DNA from: an uncultured Pirellulaceae bacterium
GTDB taxonomy: Bacteria > Planctomycetota > Planctomycetia > Pirellulales > Pirellulaceae
Assembly: GCA_964584615.1 (NCBI GenBank)
Contig: CAZPBE010000030.1
Span: 3,594 to 67,593 of the forward strand
Direction of reading: 5' to 3'
Length of the DNA stretch: 64,000 bases
Part shown: positions 9,738 through 18,986 of the stretch, in pieces
How the letters are laid out: each line of letters opens with the position of its first letter
Numbering within the stretch: the first letter of the stretch is position 1
The notes under the pieces: generated by a model
Told to the model about the DNA's origin: nothing
Databases searched by the model: none
Seen by the model: the letters and a program-made list of their open reading frames with translations, nothing else
Position numbers and translations under genes: made by a program

Positions 9738-10297
9738 TGACTCCTGCCTCAGTTTTTGAAATCGAGTTGCTGGTCAAGGTGAATGATGGTCTTGCATTTT
9801 GAATTATAGACGGAAGCTGGAATTGATGAAGGTGCGTTCAGTCTTCCCCGCAAACTTCACATGATTCGGTGCTCAATGTGACGTTGTGCTTTGTTTTGAC
9901 CGAACCAGCATTGAGTGTGAAACCAATTACTGATTTAGGAAGTAAGTGTCTTGTGGTCCACGAAAAGCAGAACGTTTCTGCCAACAAATTTGTGGGTGAA
10001 GCCAATTTCCCGAATTCGAACACCGATAATCGTGGGGAATTCAGCCAGTCTGAATCCAAAACAACGGCTGATATCAGCTGGCTTTGGAAGGTTTTGCCTA
10101 AAAATGCGGCATATTAATGCAAAAAAGGTCTGAACAACTAAGGACTTTGTTGACTCTTGAATTGCCCCGCGTAGAGTGAATCTAGGTAATGGTTTATTCA
10201 GATTGCGGGTTTGCCGGTTTTGGCGAGTAGTAATTTGAAAAGGAAGAGTTTGTGTTGGGTCTGTTGCGAAGCGGGCTTATCCGAGAAAGGAATTGAG

Positions 10298-10528
10298 ATG
10301 CTTGTTTTGTCTCGAAAAAAAAATGAGAGCATTGTGATCAATGACGACATTTCGATTGTCGTGGTTGAAATTCGCGGTGACAAAGTACGACTTGGAGTCG
10401 AAGCTCCCAAGGAAGTACCTGTGCATCGTCGCGAAGTCTATGATGCAATTAAACGGTCTGAAAAACAGGCCAAGTCGAACGATGAAGTTCAAGATCGTCC
10501 CAGCTCAGATCCTGCTGCAGCTGAATAA
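10298..10528 (+). CDS. csrA: Carbon storage regulator CsrA
   Basis: [48 protein letters not shown] is the canonical CsrA fold sequence. ATG 10298 is preceded by AAAGGA. The upstream part of the track ORF (10211-) is not needed. Confidence 0.9.
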   Translation: MLVLSRKKNESIVINDDISIVVVEIRGDKVRLGVEAPKEVPVHRREVYDAIKRSEKQAKSNDEVQDRPSSDPAAAE

Positions 10529-10584
10529 GTTCTTGTTAAAATATAGTTTGAGTTCCGCTTCGGGATTCAGCAATTGCGATATAT

Positions 10585-10612
10585 AAGCCAAACAATTTGT
10601 TTGGCTTTTTTC
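10585..10612 (+). terminator. Rho-independent terminator after csrA
   Basis: AAGCCAAACA-att-TGTTTGGCTT followed by a T-run. Confidence 0.8.
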
Positions 10613-10977
10613 GTTTCTACTCTTCCGATTCTTCTCTTTCGATTGACGCTGCCGGCTCAAACGCCAACCTTTTCAGCGTTGAATTGTAGGCAATCTCCAT
10701 TACTTAGATCTGCAATCCCATTGTGCAGATCGATATCCACTGGCGTCCAATCACACGCAATGCTTGCCGATGGGTTAGTCCGCTGTCGTCGCAATTTCGG
10801 GTTTTCGCTGTTTTATTCGCGTTCCTGCAACTGATTGCGAAGTTAACGCTTTTTTGATTAGGCAGGACTTGACGTAACCCTAGTCAAATGTTTACTTTAT
10901 TGCCTCTTGGTTTGCGTCCCAAATCGTGGGATTTATTGAAGCGAGGCAATCTAATTGCCGATCTTCCCTATCGAGAC

Positions 10978-11050
10978 GGCCCCTTCGTCTAGCGGCCTAG
11001 GACTCCGGCCTTTCACGCCGGCAACACGGGTTCGAACCCCGTAGGGGTCA
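10978..11050 (+). tRNA. tRNA-Glu: tRNA-Glu (anticodon UUC)
   Basis: 73-nt cloverleaf. Acceptor stem GGCCCCT/AGGGGTC; anticodon stem CCGGC/GCCGG with loop CTTTCAC; T-arm ACGGG-TTCGAAC-CCCGT. Overall it is very close to E. coli tRNA-Glu. CCA is not encoded. Confidence 0.95.
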
Positions 11051-11067
11051 CATTTTGCTTCGGCACG

Positions 11068-11100
11068 CTCCGGTAATCGATTGGTTACCGGAGTTTTTTT
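11068..11100 (+). terminator. Rho-independent terminator after tRNA-Glu
   Basis: CTCCGGTAA-tcgattgg-TTACCGGAG followed by TTTTTTT. Confidence 0.85.
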
Positions 11101-11331
11101 GTGCCCCGAGATCTCTCTCCTGATGGCTTGTAAGATGTAGCCACCAGTAGTCACTTGATTGACTTGGCATCAAGACTGAAGCCTTGTCAATATTCAGTGG
11201 ACAAGTAACCCCGGACAATATTGTGATGCACGCGACGCCGGACTTGTGCTTATAAAAAACCGATGATCGCTCGTTCCGGCTCGGCGATCGACGTCGTTAT
11301 CCGCCAATGAAATAGCAATGAGTGTTTTGGA

Positions 11332-12432
11332 ATGCCAATGTCGAAATTACGATTTCAGATAATTCTCGCCGTTTGCCTATTCGTACCATCTTTATTAGCG
11401 CACGAAGCATCTTCCCAAGAACTGGGGGATGCGTTGCATCGCGCAATCGAATCTACAGAGAACGGAGAGTTCGCCAAGCAACACTCGATTTTAGTTTATA
11501 AGGATGGCGAACTAGTCGTAGAACGCTATTGGTCTGGAAAAGATGGGTGGCGTGGAAAACGTGACTTCAACGCTACGTCATTGCACGATCTAAGGTCTTG
11601 TTCAAAAAGCGTTGTTGGGCTGTTGGTTGGAACTGCAATCGAAGAGAAACTAATTCCAGCAGATTTGGCCGTAGAGGCACACACACTTTTTCCCGACAAA
11701 AAACTTGACCTCTCTGGTGCGCTATCCGAAGGTCACCGGTCCATTACTTTGGAACATTTGCTCAACATGACCGACGGACTGGATTGGCAACAACACGAGA
11801 CCGAAGATCATGTTAACAACGAAGCAAAAATGGAAGGAGCTCCCGATTCGGTAGACTATGTTTGGTCTCAGCCAATGAAGCGACAGCCGGGGAAGGAGTT
11901 CAGCTACAACAGCGGCGCAACGGTATTGTTGGCAGGGGCAATCAAGCGAGCGGCTGGAAGAGATATCGAGCAGTATGCTGCCGAGAAACTTTTCAAACCG
12001 ATGGATATAAAGGAATGGGAATGGATGCGCGACACCGACAAAGAACCGGCGGCGCACTACGGTCTCAGGATGACATCAAGAGACATGGTGAAAATTGGCC
12101 GGTTGATTTTGCAAAAGGGCAAGTGGAACGGTGCGCAACTAGTCCCCAAAAGTTGGATTGAAACGACCATTGATCACCAAAACGGCTCCCGAAAGTACGT
12201 CAATCAATGGTCGCTTGAAAATTTTTGGGTTGGTGACAAGAAGGAACGGCAAGTTCGGGCTATTGTGGCTTACGGGAAGGGAGGCCAAGATATTTTCGTT
12301 CTCCCGGAACAAAACGCTGTCGTGGTGTTTACCGCAGGATATTATGACGATGGAAAAGCTTCCGGCGATTCTATTCGTTTCTTCAAACGCAAGATTATTC
12401 CGTTACTGGCTCCCCCTGCTAGCGCCGAATAA
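11332..12432 (+). CDS. Serine hydrolase, beta-lactamase/PBP-like family, secreted
   Basis: 366 aa with a signal peptide. Has the S-x-x-K motif (SCSKS), FSYNSGA (a Y-x-N-like motif) and a KGG triad-like motif. Confidence 0.8.
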   Translation: MPMSKLRFQIILAVCLFVPSLLAHEASSQELGDALHRAIESTENGEFAKQHSILVYKDGELVVERYWSGKDGWRGKRDFNATSLHDLRSCSKSVVGLLVGTAIEEKLIPADLAVEAHTLFPDKKLDLSGALSEGHRSITLEHLLNMTDGLDWQQHETEDHVNNEAKMEGAPDSVDYVWSQPMKRQPGKEFSYNSGATVLLAGAIKRAAGRDIEQYAAEKLFKPMDIKEWEWMRDTDKEPAAHYGLRMTSRDMVKIGRLILQKGKWNGAQLVPKSWIETTIDHQNGSRKYVNQWSLENFWVGDKKERQVRAIVAYGKGGQDIFVLPEQNAVVVFTAGYYDDGKASGDSIRFFKRKIIPLLAPPASAE

Positions 12433-12498
12433 GATTGCGATGCCGCGAATTCGGGCTTGAGCGTGCTTTGAAATGGAAGATCGGTCAATGTGATCAAC

Positions 12499-14667
12499 TC
12501 AGATTTCCAACGGGACGGATACTTCAAAATCGTCAAAGTAAACCGTTTCGTCCTTTGTCGTTTCCCAGCCGTTGCCGCCACCAAAGAACGTACTGAAGTA
12601 GAGCTGGTCAATCTTCAGATCGTCAACTGTTCGGAACAGTACATCTGTCTGGTTATGCACCAACACGTCATCCAGCCAAACCTGAATCACTCCATCACTG
12701 ACTCCGGGAGTATTCATTTTGACGCGTTGGGTGATCTCATACCACACACCTGAATTGAACTCCGTTCGCGCGCCATCAGGATCAATCCAATGGATCTCGT
12801 CTTCGTCTCTGCCATCCTGGTTGAATCCAGAATCGGTATACTTCGCGTATGAGATCGCCTGACTGGACAATTGTTCTGGATTGCCCCGTTCGCCGGTGAA
12901 ATCACTCAACCACATCAGCCGACCAGTCCAACCGTTATCTCCTTTGGCTGGAGCGTTACCGGTCGGAGCCGAACCGCCGGCAAGTCCAGGTAGTTTTCCA
13001 CCGCGCGAGAAATCGAAACCGTCTGCGAATAGAACGCGATAGCTCACGTAGGCTTCTTCATACTCACCGTCCAATTCCATTAGCCACTGTGCACCGGTCT
13101 CTTTTGTGCCCGCTTCGTCTTCCGGGTAAGCAACAGCCAGCGAGTTTCCAGTTCCACCAAATGCTTCACGTCCATTAACGATAGTGGCACGTCCTTCATC
13201 AATACCATCGTTGAATTCTGGATTGTTCCAGTCGCTATTTAATAGCCCTCTGGTGTAGAGACCTGTCGAATATTGGTCAAAATCATTTTGGTAGATGACT
13301 TGTCTCGGCACAGAAGTGTTCGAAGAAAACTCGAAGTACCCGTCGGCATGTAGGAAATCGCCTCTGCCGAAACCGGGAGTCAAACCATCCTCAGGACGCC
13401 AGGTTCCAGTTGAAAAGACGTTAGCGTTGTCCGGATCGAATACGACACCGCCGATGGAAACCGAGTTGATCTGCAGATTGCGATCAATCGTCGCTCCGCT
13501 GATCGGATCAACAAAAATCGCGTCATTGGTGAACACGACGTGCACCTGTTCCGGGTCAATATTGCCTGGGGCCTGATAGACGATCACATCTTGCGTATTT
13601 CCAGTTTTCGCAGCGAATGAATACGAGGCGACAGCGACTTCATCGATTTGAAGTTCAAAGTCGACCACATCGCCAAACCCGCGCGCGTCGATGACGATCT
13701 CCGTCCGTTGCGTCGTATCGAAGAACTGCAAGAAGCCATTGGCATGAAGCACATTGCCACGTCCAAAGCCGGGCGTGATGCTGTCGCTTGGTCGCCAGGT
13801 CCCAGTCGAATAAACGTTTTGGCTGAACGTGTCGTAATTGACGCCGTCGATCGAGATGGAATTGAACTGCGCGTTGTTGTCCACGGCCACCGAGCCATCG
13901 GGGTTGATGACATACGCATCATTGGTGAAGGCCAGTTTGAATCGGTCGGGGCTGATGTCTCCCTGAGCACGATAGCCAAACACCTGGGAACGATTGGCAG
14001 GACCAGACATCGACCAGATTACGCCCAACTGGTCATCGACAAGAACATTGATTTCGATTTGTGACGTGAGGCCGGCGATTTCCAACTCCGCTTCTATGTA
14101 GGTCGTATTCGCGATACCTCCGAATCCGGCATTGGAATATTGCAGGTACCCGTTGGAGTGCAGCACTTCACCACGACCGAAGCCTGGCTGAATCTCGTCC
14201 ACAGGAGTCCACGTCCCGTTCGAAAAGACCGCCGCGTCTTCTGTTTGAAAGATGTTGCCATCGACTTCAATTCGGTCCACGATGACGTTTCGGTCAAGCC
14301 CCGTACTTGGATCGAACAAATCGTTAACGAATTCGATGCGGATGTCGTTGGCGGATACTGGTTCGTCAATGAAGTATTGAAACTCCTGGACAGCATCGGT
14401 TGGAAGCGATCCGATCGTAGCCAATGTTCCTCGCCCGTCGATCTGGACATTGATGAGTTCGTCACCCGTTGTGCCTGCCGCGAAGATCGAAATCGTTGTG
14501 AGCATCAATCGATCTTCGAGTGGCTCAACCAGGAACTCATTCGAATTGGATTCAGTAATCGATTTTTTATTGCGAATCGAATGAAGAGTTCTTAGAAGTT
14601 GTTTCACTGTTCCGCCTGAGAATTGCAGTTCAAGAATGTTGCTCAAGGAGTGGCTACGGTAATTCAA
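12499..14667 (-). CDS. Secreted multi-domain glycan-active protein: three tandem CBM60-like carbohydrate-binding modules plus a C-terminal concanavalin-like polysaccharide-lyase-like domain
   Basis: Three ~125-aa repeats each end in the motif STGTWRP-D-I/LTPGFGRG-VLHA/SNGY/F. The C-terminal ~270 aa (GAQW...GGKLPGL...GWTGRLMW...YFSTFFGG) resemble the PF14099-type lyase fold as I recall it. The track start is TTG 14667; GTG 14607, preceded by AGGCGGA, is an alternative. There is no Sec-type signal peptide. The motif LVEPLEDRLMLTT sits at the N-terminus. Confidence 0.75.
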   Translation of the reverse strand: MNYRSHSLSNILELQFSGGTVKQLLRTLHSIRNKKSITESNSNEFLVEPLEDRLMLTTISIFAAGTTGDELINVQIDGRGTLATIGSLPTDAVQEFQYFIDEPVSANDIRIEFVNDLFDPSTGLDRNVIVDRIEVDGNIFQTEDAAVFSNGTWTPVDEIQPGFGRGEVLHSNGYLQYSNAGFGGIANTTYIEAELEIAGLTSQIEINVLVDDQLGVIWSMSGPANRSQVFGYRAQGDISPDRFKLAFTNDAYVINPDGSVAVDNNAQFNSISIDGVNYDTFSQNVYSTGTWRPSDSITPGFGRGNVLHANGFLQFFDTTQRTEIVIDARGFGDVVDFELQIDEVAVASYSFAAKTGNTQDVIVYQAPGNIDPEQVHVVFTNDAIFVDPISGATIDRNLQINSVSIGGVVFDPDNANVFSTGTWRPEDGLTPGFGRGDFLHADGYFEFSSNTSVPRQVIYQNDFDQYSTGLYTRGLLNSDWNNPEFNDGIDEGRATIVNGREAFGGTGNSLAVAYPEDEAGTKETGAQWLMELDGEYEEAYVSYRVLFADGFDFSRGGKLPGLAGGSAPTGNAPAKGDNGWTGRLMWLSDFTGERGNPEQLSSQAISYAKYTDSGFNQDGRDEDEIHWIDPDGARTEFNSGVWYEITQRVKMNTPGVSDGVIQVWLDDVLVHNQTDVLFRTVDDLKIDQLYFSTFFGGGNGWETTKDETVYFDDFEVSVPLEI

Positions 14668-14830
14668 ACTGGCATCAAATCAATTGTGAGGAAAAATTTC
14701 TCCAAATTGGCCAATATTGGCGTTTCCGAACTTCGGGTGTACCTCGCGAATCGTAACACCGTGTTCAAAACTGTTCCGGTGGCTCACGCCACCGGCAGTT
14801 CGTGTGCCGCCCGCTGGGCTAAAGCAAGCA

Positions 14831-15703
14831 TCACTTTCCCGTCGTCTGGTTCGTTGTCTTCGGTTCGATCGTTTGCAGTTCAATGTTCTTGACCGCGCTC
14901 TTGGTACGGTACGAAGAGATTCCCAGTGGCTGAGATGAAATGACTTCGTTGCGGACATTGATGGTTCGGCCGTCAATCGGTTGGTCAATCAGCATCTCTC
15001 CATCGAACCATGCACTGATTCGGTCGGGAAGCACTCGAACGCGAATGTGATACCACTGCTTCTTTTCAAACTTCTTCAACGTACGTGTTTCGTTTTCTGA
15101 AGCATCTTGATCGTCGATGCTGGATAGTCCAACGACCGGGCCGCCCCACCCTCCGACCACTAAAGTGCAATGCGAATCGTTCACTGGGAACGTGAGGCTT
15201 CCGAAAAAGTCGTTGCCGTCGATTTTCATTGCGGAGTACGAGATTTCATAATTGTTTTTTGGCAACTCGGTACCGTCAACGACGTTGATTCCGCTGATTG
15301 GGTCTCCTTCACCCATATGGATTTCGTTATCTACCACGGTGCACTCTCCTTCGCCGCCGTAAGGAGTCACTTCCCAACCATCAAGTGTTTTTCCGTCAAA
15401 CAGTTTTTGAATTGGACCACGGTTGTACTTGTCGACTTTGTCGGCTGACAGTCGCGCGATTTCGCGACGCATTTCTTTCTGGTCCGTTTCAATCTCAATG
15501 AGTCGTTGATTCTGTTCGAGCAGTTTCTTTTGAAGCTCCGCCAATTCATTTTCTAACAACTCAATCCGGGCATCACTGCCTTCGGAGCTTGGAGTCTCTT
15601 GAGAGGGAGTCGCAGTTTGAGCGAAGGACAATGAGCAACACGGCATTAGCGTGCCGAAGAAAGTGCTGGTGAACAAGACGATTGTCAAACAGCGATTGGT
15701 CAT
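14831..15703 (-). CDS. Secreted DUF1080 (3-keto-disaccharide hydrolase-like) domain protein with an N-terminal coiled coil
   Basis: Signal peptide, then an E/L/Q-rich heptad segment, then LFDGKTLDGWEV...HIRVRV...AWFDGE...AVKNIELQ, typical of DUF1080. Confidence 0.75.
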   Translation of the reverse strand: MTNRCLTIVLFTSTFFGTLMPCCSLSFAQTATPSQETPSSEGSDARIELLENELAELQKKLLEQNQRLIEIETDQKEMRREIARLSADKVDKYNRGPIQKLFDGKTLDGWEVTPYGGEGECTVVDNEIHMGEGDPISGINVVDGTELPKNNYEISYSAMKIDGNDFFGSLTFPVNDSHCTLVVGGWGGPVVGLSSIDDQDASENETRTLKKFEKKQWYHIRVRVLPDRISAWFDGEMLIDQPIDGRTINVRNEVISSQPLGISSYRTKSAVKNIELQTIEPKTTNQTTGK

Positions 15704-15805
15704 GGCATTTGATTTTGAAGGATGAGAAACTCTTATTCTATCAGATGCAAATCAGTTTACTCAGTTTTTTGTGCGCCCGATTGATCGGCTGCGATCAACC
15801 ATGGC

Positions 15806-15838
15806 AAAAAAAAATAGCCTCGCTATAAACGAGGCTAT
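15806..15838 (-). terminator. Rho-independent terminator after cpaE
   Basis: The minus strand reads ATAGCCTCG-tttatag-CGAGGCTAT followed by a 9-nt T-run. Confidence 0.85.
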
Positions 15839-15892
15839 ATGTTTTAAATTTTGATCGCCGGAGACAACTTGCTTGGCTCTTCCGCAACAATT

Positions 15893-17086
15893 TTACTTGC
15901 CGAGGAATTTGAGCCAGCTCTTCTTGTCGCCTTTTTCGTCTTCCGCGCCTTCGGGTAGCGGGTCTCCTGAAAGGCGTTCTGCAAGTGTGACGATTTCGTG
16001 TGTGATCGCGGCTTTGGGGGCCTGTTGGATTAGCGGCACACCGTTGTTGCGACATTCTGAAATGATCACATAGTTGTTGGGAATGCGGCAGAAGATTTCA
16101 CGATCGATCGTTTCTTCCGCTTTGTCCGCGCTGATTTGCGTTTTGTCCAATCCCCAACGATTGACGACAACTTTGACTTTGTCTGTTACGCCTTCGTAGG
16201 ACTCAAGCGAAGTCAGCAATCGCACAACGTTTCGCAGGCACGGCAAGTCAAGCTGTGTAAGCAGCAAGATTTCGTCTGAGGCTTCAATCGCCGCCACATC
16301 GAGCCCGTTGTAAGACTTTGACAAATCAATGACCAGGTGGCTGAACGATGCTTTGAGCAGGCCCAAAACACGTTTGAAGTCTTCAACGGTAATCGAAGCG
16401 TTGTCTTCGATTTGAACTGGGCGAGGTAACAAGTACACGCCCGTTTCATGTTTGGTCAACGACTTTCTTAGCAGCGCCAAATCCAGTCGAGAAATGTTTT
16501 GGGAAACATCAAGCAACGTGTAGTCGGGAATCATGTCCAGGAAGACGTCGGCGTCGCCCAGAGCCAGATCCAAATCCAACAAAGCAACATTGCGATCAGG
16601 GTTCTGAGCCAGTGCAACGGCGAGGTTGACTGCGATCGAAGTTGTTCCCACACCACCGGACGCACCGGCAACCGAAATGATTGATCCGCTTTTGCTTCGC
16701 TGACCACCGCCACCTGAAGCAGCGACTCGGTCGAGTGCGCCGACGAGCTCTTCGATTTGAATCGGTGAGTTGAGAAACTCTCTGGCTCCCGACCGCATGG
16801 CTCGCAGAATTAACTGCCCATCGGTTTTCGAGCTCATCACAATCACCCCGCAATTAGGGTGATTCTGCGTGATACTCTCGACCAAATCCATGGCCACCTC
16901 TGCATCATCGTCAATATCTACGATGGCTACGTCGGGCGTCGTCTGTTCTACAATTTCAAGGAAAAACTCGTAGCGGGAGCAGTCGGCCTCCAGCCAGATG
17001 TTGTCCATCCCAATCAGATACTTCTTGAGGTTCTCTCTTGAAGTCTCATTCGGATCACATATCGAAATTCGAAGTGTTCCACTCAT
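15893..17086 (-). CDS. cpaE: Tad pilus assembly ATPase-like protein CpaE/TadZ (REC-like N-domain + ParA/MinD-type domain)
   Basis: 397 aa. It has a receiver-like N-terminus (VAIVDIDDD...VIVMS) and a deviant Walker A (GASGGVGTTSIAVNLA), and sits after cpaC. Confidence 0.85.
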   Translation of the reverse strand: MSGTLRISICDPNETSRENLKKYLIGMDNIWLEADCSRYEFFLEIVEQTTPDVAIVDIDDDAEVAMDLVESITQNHPNCGVIVMSSKTDGQLILRAMRSGAREFLNSPIQIEELVGALDRVAASGGGGQRSKSGSIISVAGASGGVGTTSIAVNLAVALAQNPDRNVALLDLDLALGDADVFLDMIPDYTLLDVSQNISRLDLALLRKSLTKHETGVYLLPRPVQIEDNASITVEDFKRVLGLLKASFSHLVIDLSKSYNGLDVAAIEASDEILLLTQLDLPCLRNVVRLLTSLESYEGVTDKVKVVVNRWGLDKTQISADKAEETIDREIFCRIPNNYVIISECRNNGVPLIQQAPKAAITHEIVTLAERLSGDPLPEGAEDEKGDKKSWLKFLGK

Positions 17087-17175
17087 CAGGTTTCCGTTTT
17101 AAATGATGTTTGATTTCTTGAGAACTAATCCAATCTCTCAGCGGTCTCTCTGTTCCGCTGAAAACAAACATTTGA

Positions 17176-18801
17176 TTAACGATTGCTCGAATCGCCCGGC
17201 CACATAAATCCTGAGTTGGCTTGCCGAGCGGGTGCCGGCCGTCGAGTGGACTGGCTGTTGGCAGGGTACACAGAGGATGTGTTGAAGCCACCTTGATAAG
17301 CCGCAGGTTGGGTAGGGATTGGAGGATATCCGTTGGACATCGGAGCCTGTTGCATCTGGCCCATTGGTTGTCCCATTGGTTGTCCCATTGGAACAGCCAT
17401 TTGAGAGCTTGGTAGATTGTTGAATTCGTCGTTGATTGGACAATCATCATTGCAACGTGGGACTTCCAGGTGACCGTTAACGTAAAACTCATGGTTGGAA
17501 GGTCGTGAAGTAAGTTGGCCTGGTCCAAGACGTGGAACCTGTCCTGGCTCAACATCGCTGATGAATCGTGGTGTGATCAGGAAGACAAGTTCAGTTTCGT
17601 TCTTGGTGTCTTCGACGCGTCGGAAAAGTCCGCCGAGCAGTGGAGCGTCACGAAGTCTCGGGACGCCAGTGTTAGAAGACTCTGAGTCTTCGCGGAAGTC
17701 ACCTGCGAGTGCCAGCGTGTGACCAGCTTTCATCTTGACGCCAGTGTTAACGCGGCGAACGGTGAAGCCCGGGATGCCGTCAGCTGTTCCAAGTTCAGGA
17801 GCAACTTCTGAAACTTCCGCACGAACTTCCAATGTCAATTCACCATTTCCGTGAACGATTGGAACCATATCTAGCTTTGTACCGAAGGCACGGAATTCAA
17901 CCGAGGTCTGACCCAGTCCAACAGCAACTTGAATTGGAATCTCACCACCAGAAAGGAATTCAGCTGGGCGACCGTTTTGAGCAACCAAAACTGGTTGATC
18001 CAAAAGTTTCGCAACGTCGTTTCTTTCGAGTGCTTCAATGAATGCGTTGAAGGATCGTCCATCGCCAACTACGCCATAGTTCAAAGTTCCAAGGTTGGAG
18101 CCGGCGATTTGTTGGCGGCCCGCAGCTGGAGCTACCGTTTGAATCAAGTTTGAGATACTGGTGACTGCACTGAAGTTGTCGCCAAGGTAACCCCAGTCGA
18201 CGCCAAGTGTGCGTAGCTTTGTACGAGAGACTTCGTAAACCTTAACCTTGATCGCAATATTTTGATTGCCGTTTACGCTTAACTGGTTCACAACATTGGT
18301 TGGGAAGTAGTCGCGGGCAACAGCCATGATGTTGGAGACTTGATCAGCACGAGCAACGTGACCGGCAAGGATAACTCCTGTTTGAAGCGGGTGAACTTTG
18401 ACTTGCGAATCAGGGAAGTAATTTGCGAAAGCCATTTCAAGCTTACGCGTATCAACAATGACTTCCACAGCAATTGTTTGCAAGTTTTCGTCCGGATCGC
18501 TAACCGTGATCGTCGACACGCCCGGCTTGAGTCCCGTCACCAAGATTTCATTTGGTGAGATCGCCGAAGCCTGAATGACTTCAGGATTCTCAACCATGAT
18601 CTGAGGAACTTTGTACTCAAACTTTAGCCGTCTCGCTGAGCCGGCAATGAGAGACATCTGGTCAACGGACTCATTGATTTCAAATCGTTGACCACTAAAT
18701 CCCCCCGACAACTGTGCCGTCGCGGTCGCAGGAAAAATGACGACGGTGGCAGCCAGCAGTATGGCTAGACCAGTAAAGAGATTCTTGTGGCGCGTTTTCA
18801 T
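17176..18801 (-). CDS. cpaC: Tad pilus secretin CpaC/RcpA
   Basis: Signal peptide and N-terminal pilus-formation/BON-like region. The secretin core reads LLDQPVLVAQNGRPAEFLSGGEIP...GVPRLRDAPLLGGLFR...ELVFLITPRFI. The C-terminal tail contains PMGQPMGQPMGQ. Confidence 0.9.
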   Translation of the reverse strand: MKTRHKNLFTGLAILLAATVVIFPATATAQLSGGFSGQRFEINESVDQMSLIAGSARRLKFEYKVPQIMVENPEVIQASAISPNEILVTGLKPGVSTITVSDPDENLQTIAVEVIVDTRKLEMAFANYFPDSQVKVHPLQTGVILAGHVARADQVSNIMAVARDYFPTNVVNQLSVNGNQNIAIKVKVYEVSRTKLRTLGVDWGYLGDNFSAVTSISNLIQTVAPAAGRQQIAGSNLGTLNYGVVGDGRSFNAFIEALERNDVAKLLDQPVLVAQNGRPAEFLSGGEIPIQVAVGLGQTSVEFRAFGTKLDMVPIVHGNGELTLEVRAEVSEVAPELGTADGIPGFTVRRVNTGVKMKAGHTLALAGDFREDSESSNTGVPRLRDAPLLGGLFRRVEDTKNETELVFLITPRFISDVEPGQVPRLGPGQLTSRPSNHEFYVNGHLEVPRCNDDCPINDEFNNLPSSQMAVPMGQPMGQPMGQMQQAPMSNGYPPIPTQPAAYQGGFNTSSVYPANSQSTRRPAPARQANSGFMWPGDSSNR

Positions 18802-18986
18802 CCGTGAATCCTCGCTTAGTGCCGTCTATGAAAAGTCGGCCGTGTACGTTTGGGTCAGCTACCTCAAAAGCAACATCTTCCTGATGATTGCTCGCGAGGC
18901 GTTGCAAATAACACAATGCTAAATGCAAGCAGAGTGAGTACCGTCGTTTTAAACGGTACCACACTCACTCACCCTTAAATTCGTAC

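Noticed and set aside
9740-10297. Possible CsrB-like sponge RNA or GGA-rich leader upstream of csrA
   Set aside because: I counted about 8 GGA motifs in about 560 nt, which is close to random expectation. They are not displayed in repeated hairpin loops. Only a 12-bp palindrome (GCTGATATCAGC, 10067-10078) and one hairpin stand out.
10951-11154. 67-aa ORF on the minus strand
   Set aside because: It overlaps the tRNA-Glu gene and its terminator, so the open frame is incidental.
17359-17394. Short tandem repeats as possible CRISPR arrays; the same question applies to 40437-40528 and 43280-43369
   Set aside because: All are contiguous 12- or 18-bp in-frame coding repeats with no spacers and no cas genes nearby.
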